A stretch of DNA of 64,000 bases from Candidatus Allofournierella merdigallinarum (GTDB taxonomy: Bacteria; Bacillota; Clostridia; Oscillospirales; Ruminococcaceae): contig DXAC01000024.1 in NCBI GenBank assembly GCA_019117205.1, positions 1,114 to 65,113 on the forward strand, in the 5' to 3' direction. Positions within the stretch are counted from its first letter, which is position 1. Every line of letters begins with the position of its first letter. The position numbers and the translations under genes were made by a program. The notes under the pieces are model-generated. The model did not search any database. It was not told where the DNA came from and saw only the letters and a list, made by a program, of their open reading frames with translations. Of this stretch, positions 33,346 through 41,438 are shown piece after piece.

Positions 33346-34344
33346 ATGGCAACGCTGAAAGATGTGGCGCGGATCGCACAGGTATCGCCTATCACGGTGT
33401 CCCGCGTGATCAACACGCCGGAAAAGGTCAAGCCGGCGACCCGGGAGCGTGTGCGCCGGGTGATGTCCTCGCTGCAGTACATCCCCAATGTGGCGGCCAA
33501 GAACCTGGTGACCAAGCGCAGCGGCATCATCGACGTGTTCGTGCCGGAGAGCATCGACCTGAGCGACCCGTTCGTGATGCAGTTCATCGCCGGCGTCAGC
33601 AACGTGCTGAGCAGGCGGATGTACTCGTTTTTGATCCTGCGTGACCGCACCCGGGAGCATTTTTGCGACGGCTATATCGTGACGGGGCTGCTGAAGAACG
33701 AGATCCTGGAATTCCAGGAGTACGCGGCCCGGCGTTCTCGGCCGGTGGTGCTGTTTGGCCACACCGAATTGCAGGAGGTGGACTGCATCGACGTGGACAA
33801 TGTCACCGGCGCGAAAGAGCTGGTGGACAGGCTGATCCGGGCGGGCCACAGGCGCATCGCCATGATCAACGTGGCGGAAAACAAGGATTACACCGCCGAC
33901 CGGTACGCCGGCTATGAAAAGGCCCTGCGGGCCGCGGGCATCCCGGTGGACCCCGGGCTGGTGGCCCGGGCGGAGAACACCGCGGCGGCGGGCGGCGCGG
34001 CGGCGCAGCGCCTGCTGGCGGACACCGGCTGCACAGCGATCTTCTGTGCCACCGACACCATGGCCGTCGGGGTGTGCAGGGCGGCGGCGGAAAAGGGGCT
34101 GAGCATTCCCGGCGACCTGTCCCTTGTGGGGTACGACGGGCTGGGGCATCACCTGCTGTGTACCCCCGCCGTGACCACCGCCCGCCAGCCGGTGTACGAG
34201 ATCGGCGAGCGGCTGGCCAGGACCCTGCTGGACCGGCTGGACGGCAGCCGCTCCCGCGTCTGTGAGCTGGTGGTGCCGGAGGTGGTGGAGGGGCGGTCGG
34301 TGGACAGGCCCCCGCAAGCGGCCGGCGACGACGTTGTGGAGTGA
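33346..34344 (+). CDS. LacI family transcriptional regulator
   Basis: 'MATLKDVARIAQVSPITVSRVIN' HTH_LacI plus a periplasmic-binding-protein-like effector domain. Confidence 0.9.
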   Translation: MATLKDVARIAQVSPITVSRVINTPEKVKPATRERVRRVMSSLQYIPNVAAKNLVTKRSGIIDVFVPESIDLSDPFVMQFIAGVSNVLSRRMYSFLILRDRTREHFCDGYIVTGLLKNEILEFQEYAARRSRPVVLFGHTELQEVDCIDVDNVTGAKELVDRLIRAGHRRIAMINVAENKDYTADRYAGYEKALRAAGIPVDPGLVARAENTAAAGGAAAQRLLADTGCTAIFCATDTMAVGVCRAAAEKGLSIPGDLSLVGYDGLGHHLLCTPAVTTARQPVYEIGERLARTLLDRLDGSRSRVCELVVPEVVEGRSVDRPPQAAGDDVVE

Positions 34345-34350
34345 AATGGT

Positions 34351-35691
34351 ATGACAGGAAAATTTATTACGACGGTGGAGGAAAACGGCCGGCCGGTCCG
34401 GCAGGCCGATCGGCGCAGCGCCCTGCCGGATGACCGGGAGCAGGAGCTGCATCTGGTGAATCTGTACCCCCGGGTGAAATATCAGCCGGTGCTGGGCTTT
34501 GGGGGCGCCATCACCGAGGCGGTGGGGCTGGTGCTGGCCGCGCTGCCGCCCGAGCGGGCGCGGCAGGTGCTGGAGGCCTATTACGGCCCGTCGGGCATCG
34601 GCTATTCCCTGGCGCGGGTCCCGCTGGACAGCTGCGATTTTTCCGCCGGGCCCTACTGCGCCATCGAGGAGGGCGACGAGCAGCTGACCACCTTTTCCCT
34701 GCGTCGGGACGAAAAGACCATCCTGCCCTGTTTCCGCCAGGCCGAGGCGCTGGCGGGCAAAAAGCTCTCGGTGATGCTGTCGCCCTGGTCGCCCCCCGCG
34801 TTCATGAAGACCAACGGCAGCCGCATGGACGGCGGCCAGCTGCGGGAGGAGTATGCCGGGCTGTGGGCGCGGTATATCTGCCGGTATATTCTGGAATACA
34901 AAAAAAGAGGGGTGCAGGTGGACCGGCTGTCCGTCCAGAACGAGCCGAACGCGGCCCAGGCCTGGGACAGCTGCCGGTATTCTGCCTGCCAGGAGCGGAA
35001 TTTTCTGCGGGATCACCTGCATCCGGCGCTGGTGAGGAGCGGGCTGGGGGATACCCAGGTGTTTATCTGGGACCACAACAAGGAGCGCGTGTTCGAGCGG
35101 GCGGCCCGGTGCATCGGCCCCGACACCGACGGGATGATCGCCGGGGTGGCGTTCCACTGGTACAGCGGAGACCACTTTGAGGGGGTGCGGCTGGTGCGGG
35201 AGCACTTCCCGGACAAGCTGCTGCTGTTCTCGGAGGGCTGCATCGAGTACAGCCGCTTCGACCGGAGCCGGGCTTTTCAGAACGCGCAGATGTATGCCCA
35301 CGACATGATCGGCAATTTCAACGCGGGCATGAACCTGTTTCTGGACTGGAACATCGCCCTGGACCAGAACGGCGGCCCCAACCACGCGGGAAACTACTGC
35401 GAGGCCCCGGTGCTCTGCGACACGGCTTGCGGGCGGATCGAGTACCGGCCCTCCTTTTATTACATCGCCCACTTCAGCCACCACATCCGGCCGGGGGCGC
35501 GCAGGATCGCCGTCACCTGCTACTCGGAGCGGGTGGAGACCACCGCCTTTGAAAACCCGGATGGCTCCATCGCAGTGGTCCTGCTGAACCGGACGGACCA
35601 GGCGCTTCCCGTGACGCTGCGGCTGGAGGGACAGCTGCTGGATGCGCCCTGCCCGCCGCGCTCCATCACCACCGCGGTGCTGGAGCGGTAA
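34351..35691 (+). CDS. Glycoside hydrolase family 30 (glucosylceramidase-like), no signal peptide
   Basis: 'GFGGAITEA', 'SPWSPPAFMKTNG', acid/base 'SVQNEPN', nucleophile region 'LLFSEGC'. Confidence 0.8.
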   Translation: MTGKFITTVEENGRPVRQADRRSALPDDREQELHLVNLYPRVKYQPVLGFGGAITEAVGLVLAALPPERARQVLEAYYGPSGIGYSLARVPLDSCDFSAGPYCAIEEGDEQLTTFSLRRDEKTILPCFRQAEALAGKKLSVMLSPWSPPAFMKTNGSRMDGGQLREEYAGLWARYICRYILEYKKRGVQVDRLSVQNEPNAAQAWDSCRYSACQERNFLRDHLHPALVRSGLGDTQVFIWDHNKERVFERAARCIGPDTDGMIAGVAFHWYSGDHFEGVRLVREHFPDKLLLFSEGCIEYSRFDRSRAFQNAQMYAHDMIGNFNAGMNLFLDWNIALDQNGGPNHAGNYCEAPVLCDTACGRIEYRPSFYYIAHFSHHIRPGARRIAVTCYSERVETTAFENPDGSIAVVLLNRTDQALPVTLRLEGQLLDAPCPPRSITTAVLER

Positions 35692-35760
35692 CGGCGGGGT
35701 GAAACGGCGGCACCCTTTTGGCCCCGGGGGCATACACTGGGGCAAGGAGGGATGCAAACC

Positions 35761-36555
35761 ATGGCAAACATCGAACAGACCGGCGCTGCGGCGCCGCCCT
35801 ATTTCGGCACGGTTTTGAAAAACGGCTCGTCCGGGCCGGACTGCGCCCAGGTGCAGACCTGGCTCAACGGGGTCCGCAGCCGCTGGCCCCAGATCCCGGC
35901 GCTGACGGTGGACGGCAAATACGGCCGCGGCACCGCCAGCGCGGTGAAAACGTTCCAGAGCGCCGCCGGCCTTACCGCCGACGGCCAGGTGGGCTCTTCC
36001 ACCTGGAACGCCCTGTACAGCGCCTACGCCGCCATCCACGGCGCGGGGGAGGTGTACTGCGGCATCACCGCCCGCTCCGGCGACAGGGGCGCGGTGGTCA
36101 AGAGTATGCAGCAGAAGCTCATCCGCATCCGGCAGGTGTACACCGCCATCGCGTCCATCAGCGCGGACGGCGCGTTCGGCAGCGCCAGCGCCGGGGCGCT
36201 CAAGCAGTTCCAGCGGCAGTTCGCCCTTTCCATCGACGGCGCCTACGGCAAGAACACCTTTGCCGCCCTGGACTGGGTGTACAGCCAGGTGCTGGCCGGC
36301 TCGCCCACGGCGGTGCTGCCCAAGTACCCGGGCCTGCTCCAGCAGGGCAGCAGCGGCGACGCGGTGCGCTGCGTCCAGAGCTATCTGTCCGCGCTGGGGG
36401 GCATCGTGCCCAAGGTCACCATCGACGGCCGGTACGGCAGCGCCACCGCCGGCTCGGTGCGCTCGTTCCAGAAGCTGGCCCGCCTCACCGAGGACGGCAA
36501 GGTGGGCCCCGCCACCTGGAGCGCCCTGGTGATGGCTTTCAACGGCACCCTGTAA
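35761..36555 (+). CDS. Protein consisting of three peptidoglycan-binding (PG_binding_1-like) repeats
   Basis: Three repeats of 'G..G..V..(L/V)Q..L...........(V/I)DG.(Y/F)G..T..AV..FQ....L..DG.(V/Y)G..T(W/F).AL'. No hydrophobic N-terminus. The ATG at 35761 fits the AAGGAGGG SD better than the one at 35752. Confidence 0.78.
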   Translation: MANIEQTGAAAPPYFGTVLKNGSSGPDCAQVQTWLNGVRSRWPQIPALTVDGKYGRGTASAVKTFQSAAGLTADGQVGSSTWNALYSAYAAIHGAGEVYCGITARSGDRGAVVKSMQQKLIRIRQVYTAIASISADGAFGSASAGALKQFQRQFALSIDGAYGKNTFAALDWVYSQVLAGSPTAVLPKYPGLLQQGSSGDAVRCVQSYLSALGGIVPKVTIDGRYGSATAGSVRSFQKLARLTEDGKVGPATWSALVMAFNGTL

Positions 36556-36570
36556 CGGCAAACAGAACAA

Positions 36571-36616
36571 AGGCGGGCCCCGCCGGTGGAAAAGACCGGC
36601 GGGGCCCGCCTCTTTT
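36571..36616. terminator. Bidirectional rho-independent terminator
   Basis: AGGCGGGCCCCGCCGGT-(loop GGAAAAG)-ACCGGCGGGGCCCGCCT followed by CTTTT. Overlaps the stop codon of the minus-strand 99-aa gene. Confidence 0.85.
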
Positions 36617-36914
36617 AAAGGTCCAGGCTGTCCCAGGCTTCGCCCCGCGCCTCCTCGTCGCAGTTGCAGAACATCTCGTCCTGCCACTCCGCCGCCGGGT
36701 CGTGGCGGAGCGCCTCATCCAGCGCCGCGTCGTACTCCCGGGCAAGGCGCCGCTCCCCGGGGCTGCCCGTCAGCAGCGCCTCCTCCAGCAGCGACGCCAG
36801 CACCGCCGCCTCGCCCTGCGCCGCCAGGCAGGTGGCCAGCAGTTCCGGGTCCGCCTCCATCCCCGCCAGCCCCTGCCGACGCGCAAGGGCGGCGATCTCC
36901 TGCTGCAATGTCAT
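36615..36914 (-). CDS. Hypothetical, strongly acidic 99-aa protein
   Basis: ATG overlaps the stop of the upstream gene (ATGA). AAGGAGG SD 7 nt upstream. By my count ~22 Asp/Glu vs 7 Arg and no Lys. No family recognised. Confidence 0.55.
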   Translation of the reverse strand: MTLQQEIAALARRQGLAGMEADPELLATCLAAQGEAAVLASLLEEALLTGSPGERRLAREYDAALDEALRHDPAAEWQDEMFCNCDEEARGEAWDSLDL

Positions 36915-37279
36915 TCTACCGCCTCCTTTGGGTATGTCTCATAAAGCTGCACGTTGGAGCTGTTCTTGCCGGCGGGACGCACGCCGGGCAGCTTGCCGCC
37001 CCGCACCAGATGATAAAAGGTGCGCCCCAGCGAGAGTTTCAGCCCCCGGTCCAGTGTGTTCCAATCCCCGAACAGCTCCATCACGGTGAAAGGCCGCCCC
37101 GCCGGCCGGGCCGCCGCCCGCGCTTTCAGCATTTCAAAGCGGGCCTCGAAAGCCTCGTCGCCGATGCAAAACTGCTTGACGCACTGGGCCAGCGGCAGCC
37201 CGTGTTCCTCCGCCAGCTTTTTTGCCCGCGCGTGCTCCGTCTCGGTGAGGGGCACAGAAATGATCACAGCCTTTGCCAT
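36911..37279 (-). CDS. Hypothetical 122-aa protein: RHH-like N-terminus + DUF1413-like C-terminal half
   Basis: GGGAGG SD 7 nt before the ATG at 37279. 'VIISVPLTETEHARAKKLAEEHGLPLAQCVKQ' has a beta-strand/helix layout like CopG/RHH. 'FTVMELFGDWNTLDRGLKLSLGRTFYHLVRGGKLPGV...NSSNVQLYE' resembles DUF1413 (recollection, unverified). Confidence 0.55.
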   Translation of the reverse strand: MAKAVIISVPLTETEHARAKKLAEEHGLPLAQCVKQFCIGDEAFEARFEMLKARAAARPAGRPFTVMELFGDWNTLDRGLKLSLGRTFYHLVRGGKLPGVRPAGKNSSNVQLYETYPKEAVE

Positions 37280-37316
37280 ACCATGACCTCCCTTGCAACT
37301 TATTATTATGAATAAT

Positions 37317-37344
37317 ATTATAAACAATCTTCAGAAAAAAGCAA
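37317..37344 (-). promoter_or_regulatory. Candidate sigma-A promoter with adjacent palindromic operator for the two-gene cassette
   Basis: Minus strand TTGCTT (37344-37339), 16-nt spacer, TATAAT (37322-37317). It is immediately followed by the inverted repeat ATTATT-ATG-AATAAT (37302-37316), which covers the expected transcription start. Confidence 0.55.
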
Positions 37345-37363
37345 GGGGAGGCCGTTGATTTGC

Positions 37364-37447
37364 AAAAAAACGCCCCGCCGGTTTTAGCCGGGGTGCCGTA
37401 AGAAAACGTTTTCTTATGCCACCCCGGCTTTTGCCAGCGGGGCGTTT
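37364..37447 (-). terminator. Unusually long (~84 nt) three-tier hairpin followed by U-run; terminator of the HD-domain gene
   Basis: Pairing 37368-37380/37435-37447, 37386-37395/37420-37429 and 37397-37406/37409-37418, worked out by hand. On the minus strand it is followed by TTTTTTT (plus-strand A-run 37364-37370). Confidence 0.7.
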
Positions 37448-37457
37448 GCCTTTGAAA

Positions 37458-38027
37458 TTATTCTTTCGGCCCAAGGCCCAGGGCGTCCATCTCGCCCCGC
37501 ATCCCCTCGATGCAAAGGCCGATGACCTCGGAAAGGTCCATGCCCAGCATGTCGCAGCCCTGCTGGATGACCGCCCGGTCGATCTTGGCGGCGAAGCGCT
37601 TGTCCTTGAACTTCTTCTTCACGCTGGAAACTTCCAGATCGGAGATGCCGCCCGGGCGCATCCGGGCGGTGGCCGCCACCAGGCCGGTGAGCTCGTCCAC
37701 CGTGAACAGGCTCTTTTCCAGGTCGGTCACCGGCTCCACGTCGGTGCAGGGGCCGAAGCCGTGGGCCAGGATGGCCCGGATGGTCTCCTCGTCCACGCCG
37801 GCGGCGCGCAGGGGCTCGGCGGTGTGGTGCAGGTGCTCCTCGGGGAACTGCTCGTAGTCGTAGTCGTGGAGATAGCCAACGGCTGTCCAGTATTCCTCGT
37901 CGGCGCCGAAGTGGCGGGCCATGGCCCCCATGGCGGCGCTCACGCCGATGGCGTGCTCGAACAGGTGGGCCTCGGTGGTGGTGGTCGCCAGCAGCTGGCG
38001 GGCGGTGTCCATGGTGAGCTGGGACAT
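37458..38027 (-). CDS. HD-domain phosphohydrolase
   Basis: 189 aa. 'HAIGVSAAMGAMARHFG' and 'VGYLHDYDY' form an H...HD metal-binding pattern. Confidence 0.8.
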   Translation of the reverse strand: MSQLTMDTARQLLATTTTEAHLFEHAIGVSAAMGAMARHFGADEEYWTAVGYLHDYDYEQFPEEHLHHTAEPLRAAGVDEETIRAILAHGFGPCTDVEPVTDLEKSLFTVDELTGLVAATARMRPGGISDLEVSSVKKKFKDKRFAAKIDRAVIQQGCDMLGMDLSEVIGLCIEGMRGEMDALGLGPKE

Positions 38028-38198
38028 GATAAAAACCCTCTTTTCGGAACTTTTCCCCCATTATACCGCGCCGGGCGGACAAATACCACCCCGCAAAGGG
38101 GGCGCCGGCAAAAATATTTTTCTTGCGAGTGGACGGGGCGCGGCCTTTCGACTACAATAAATACCAGGAAGTTTTTCAGTGCAAAGGGGGAGCGCGCC

Positions 38199-41100
38199 AT
38201 GTTGCAGCTTGTGTTGGGCGGTTCGGGCAGCGGGAAATCTGGCTATCTTCTGGGCCGCATCAAGGAGCGGGCCCTGGCCGGCCGGCGCAGCGTGCTGCTG
38301 GTGCCCGAGCAGTTCACCTCCACCACCGAGAGCCGTATCTACGCCCTTTTGGGGGATGAATACTCCGGCTGGGTGGACAGTTACAGCTTTTCCAGCCTGG
38401 CGGAGAAGCTGCTGGGCCTTTACGGGGGCGCGGCGGTGCGGACCCTCACCGACGCGGGCCGGGCGGTGCTGGTGCGCCGGGCGATGGAGTCCATGGGCGA
38501 CCGGGTGCACTATTACAGCCGCCACCGGCGCAGCACCGCCTTTTGCGAGAAGTGCGCCGAGACGCTGGACGAGCTGAAGAGCGCCGGCATCGACCCCGCC
38601 CGGCTGGAGGCGCTGGCCGCCCAGGCCGGCCCCAGCCGGGAGAAGCTCACCGAGCTGGCGGGGGTCTACGCCGCCTACGAGGCGCTGCTGGAGGGGGCGG
38701 CCATGGACCCGGCGGACCGGGTGGACGCCGCGGCCCGGCGCCTCGCGCCGGAGTTCTTCGCGGACACGGCGGTGTTCATTGACGAGTTCGACACCTTCAA
38801 CGCCCCCAAGCGGCGGATGCTGGAGGCCATGCTCCTGTGCGCGCCGTCCATCACGGTGGCCCTGTGCGCCGACGGCCTGGAGGACGCCGAGGGCGGCCTG
38901 GGCCTGTTCAGCGGGGCCAAGAAGATGGCCGCCGCTTTGCGGGTGATGGCCCGCCAAAACGGGGTGCGGGTGGCCGCGCCGGTGATCCTGGACGAGGACA
39001 AGCGCCACAAGGATGCCCCGGACCTGGCCCGGCTGGAGGCGCTGCTGGCGGGGCGGCAGGTGCCCGCGGGGCCGGCGGACCCGGGCTGCCTGACCCTGTA
39101 CCGCGCCGCCGACCGGCAGGCCGAGGCCAAGGCCGTGGCGGCGGCCATCGGCCGGCTGGCCCGGGCGGGGGTGCCCTATGGCAAGATGGCGGTGATCTGC
39201 CGGGACGCGGAGCAGTACCTGGCCGCCGTGCGCTACGAGTTCCGGCTGGCGGACATCCCCCTGTTTTTCGACGAGCCGGCCAGCGCCGAGCACGCCGCCC
39301 CCCTGCGGCTGGCGCGGGCGCTGCTGGAGCTGCTGCGCCGGGGGCTGTCCGGCGACACGGTGCTGGCGGTGGCCAAGACCGGCCTGACGCGGCTGCCGGA
39401 GGAGCAGCTGTGCGCCCTGGAGAACTACGCCTACACCTGGCAGCTCACCGCCGCCCAGTGGCGCCAGCCCTTTGTGCTCTCGCCCGCCGGCTTTGGGGAG
39501 GGGATGCGCCCGGAGGACGCCGGGCAGCTGGCGCTGGCGGAGGCCGCCCGGGGCTTTCTGGTGCCGGTGCTGGAGCGTTTTGCCGCCGCCGCCCGCAAAA
39601 AGGACGCCGCCGCGGTGTGCGAGGCGGTGTTCCGCACCATGCTGGCCCTGGGGGGCGAGGAGCAGATACAGGCCCAGGCCGCCCGGCTGCAGGCGGCGGA
39701 GGGCATCCCCGCCGCCGGGGAGGCGGTGCGGGTGTGGAACCTGGCGGCGGAGCTTCTGGACCAGATGTCCCTGCTGCTGGGCAGGGAGACGCTGGAGCCG
39801 GGGGAGTACGCCGAGCTGTTCGACCTGCTGGCCCGCACCACCGACCTGGGGCACATCCCCCAAAGCCTGAACGCGGTGATCTTCACCACCGCCGGGCGGA
39901 TGCGGCTGGACGAGCCGGACTACTGCTTCGTGCTGGGCCTGGGAGAGGGGGAGTTCCCCGCCGCCCCCGGCGAGCGGGGCCTTTTGACCCACGCCGAGCG
40001 GGACGCCCTGATCCGCCAGGGGGCGGAGATGCCCGACTGCTTTGAAAACCGGATGGTGCGGGAGCAGGTCTGCTTTTACAAGGCCCTCACCGCCCCGGCC
40101 CGGGGGCTGTGGCTCAGCTGGGCGGCGGGGGCGGCGGACCTGCCCCTGACCAGCGCCCTGGAGCAGGCGGCAGCCTGCCTCGCCCCCGCGGCGCCGGCGC
40201 TGGAGACGGCGGACTTTGCCGCCACCCCCGCCGCCGCCCTGGACCTTTTGGGCCAAAGCTGGAACGCCGCCAGCCCCGCCACCGCCGCCCTCTACCAGGC
40301 GGTGGCGGCGTCGGAGGCGGGGGAGGCCGCCCTGGCGCCCCTGGTGCGGGCGGCCCGGGCCCTGCCGTTCGCGGTGGAGGACACCGGGGCCATGCGCCGG
40401 CTGCTGGGCAGCCAGCTTCGCCTCTCCCCCAGCCGGATGGAGCGGTATTACACCTGCCCCTTTGCCTATTTCATGGAGTACGTGCTGGGGGCGCGGCCCC
40501 GCAAACAGGCGGCCCTCACCGCCGACCAGACGGGCAACCTGGTACACTATGTTCTGGAGCAGGCGCTCCAGCGGGCGGGCGAGCGCTTTGTGGACCTTTC
40601 CCGGGAGGAGCTGGCGGAGCTTGCCGCCGCCGTGGCCCGGGAGTATGTGGCCGCCAACATGCCCGGCGCGGGGACCCGCTTCGAGTATCTGATCCGCCGG
40701 CTGGAAAAAAGCGCCGCCGGGCTGCTGGCGTTCATCCAGGCCGAGCAGCGACAGGGCAGCTTTCGGCCGGTGGCCTTTGAGCTGGGCATCGGCGACGGGC
40801 CGGACCAGGTCCCGCCGGTGGTGCTCACCACCAGGTCCGGCGAGACGGTGCGGATGATCGGCAAGATCGACCGGGTGGACGCCTGCCGCCAGGGGGACAA
40901 GACCTGGCTGCGGGTGGTGGACTACAAGACCGGCAGCAAGGACTTCCTTTTGGAGGACGTGCGCCGGGGGCTGGGCTGCCAGATGCTGGTCTACCTGTTC
41001 ACCCTCACCCGCAACGGGGGCGGGCGGTTTGAGAACGCCGCCCCGGCGGGGGTGCTCTACCTGATGGCCGACCCGGCCCCCACCCGGAGCAGCCGGGACA

Positions 41101-41420
41101 AGGCCGCCGCCGGGCTGGACTACCAGGTGGAGGGGATGGTGGTGTCGGAAAAAGAGGTCCTCTCCGCCATGGACAGCGCCGCCACCGGCCTGTATGTGCC
41201 GGTGCGCTTCGACAAGGCGGGCAACCCCCGCCTGAGCGAGGCCCTTACCAGCGTGGAGACGCTGGCCGGCCTGCAGCGGGAGCTGGACGAGCTGGTGGTG
41301 CGGATGGCCGAGGAGCTGTACGCGGGGCACATCCCCGCCGAGCCGCTGGCCTACGGCCGCAAGGGCCAGACCCACTGCCGCTTCTGTGATTACCGCAATG
41401 TCTGCCGCCGGCAGGAATGA
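38199..41420 (+). CDS. addB: ATP-dependent helicase/deoxyribonuclease subunit B
   Basis: 1073 aa. 'LVLGGSGSGKSG' Walker A. C-terminal PD-(D/E)XK nuclease with Fe-S cysteines ('YYTCPFAYF' ... 'HCRFCDYRNVC'). Immediately upstream of addA. Confidence 0.9.
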   Translation: MLQLVLGGSGSGKSGYLLGRIKERALAGRRSVLLVPEQFTSTTESRIYALLGDEYSGWVDSYSFSSLAEKLLGLYGGAAVRTLTDAGRAVLVRRAMESMGDRVHYYSRHRRSTAFCEKCAETLDELKSAGIDPARLEALAAQAGPSREKLTELAGVYAAYEALLEGAAMDPADRVDAAARRLAPEFFADTAVFIDEFDTFNAPKRRMLEAMLLCAPSITVALCADGLEDAEGGLGLFSGAKKMAAALRVMARQNGVRVAAPVILDEDKRHKDAPDLARLEALLAGRQVPAGPADPGCLTLYRAADRQAEAKAVAAAIGRLARAGVPYGKMAVICRDAEQYLAAVRYEFRLADIPLFFDEPASAEHAAPLRLARALLELLRRGLSGDTVLAVAKTGLTRLPEEQLCALENYAYTWQLTAAQWRQPFVLSPAGFGEGMRPEDAGQLALAEAARGFLVPVLERFAAAARKKDAAAVCEAVFRTMLALGGEEQIQAQAARLQAAEGIPAAGEAVRVWNLAAELLDQMSLLLGRETLEPGEYAELFDLLARTTDLGHIPQSLNAVIFTTAGRMRLDEPDYCFVLGLGEGEFPAAPGERGLLTHAERDALIRQGAEMPDCFENRMVREQVCFYKALTAPARGLWLSWAAGAADLPLTSALEQAAACLAPAAPALETADFAATPAAALDLLGQSWNAASPATAALYQAVAASEAGEAALAPLVRAARALPFAVEDTGAMRRLLGSQLRLSPSRMERYYTCPFAYFMEYVLGARPRKQAALTADQTGNLVHYVLEQALQRAGERFVDLSREELAELAAAVAREYVAANMPGAGTRFEYLIRRLEKSAAGLLAFIQAEQRQGSFRPVAFELGIGDGPDQVPPVVLTTRSGETVRMIGKIDRVDACRQGDKTWLRVVDYKTGSKDFLLEDVRRGLGCQMLVYLFTLTRNGGGRFENAAPAGVLYLMADPAPTRSSRDKAAAGLDYQVEGMVVSEKEVLSAMDSAATGLYVPVRFDKAGNPRLSEALTSVETLAGLQRELDELVVRMAEELYAGHIPAEPLAYGRKGQTHCRFCDYRNVCRRQE

Positions 41421-41438
41421 GAGAGGGGGCAACGGAGG

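Noticed and set aside
30161-36687. 1072-aa and 1140-aa minus-strand ORFs over the DUF362/ispE/spoIIR and LacI/GH30/PGB regions
   Set aside because: They are antisense to a series of short, motif-bearing plus-strand genes and cross several intergenic terminators and promoters, which a real gene would not do. Low-complexity composition.
36556-38198. AT-rich patch plus small genes as a prophage remnant or integrated mobile element
   Set aside because: I could not find an integrase, recombinase, transposase, flanking direct repeats or a tRNA target. The AT-rich stretch is only ~45 nt and is explained by a promoter. The locus is kept as a finding (small cassette) and is not called a mobile element.
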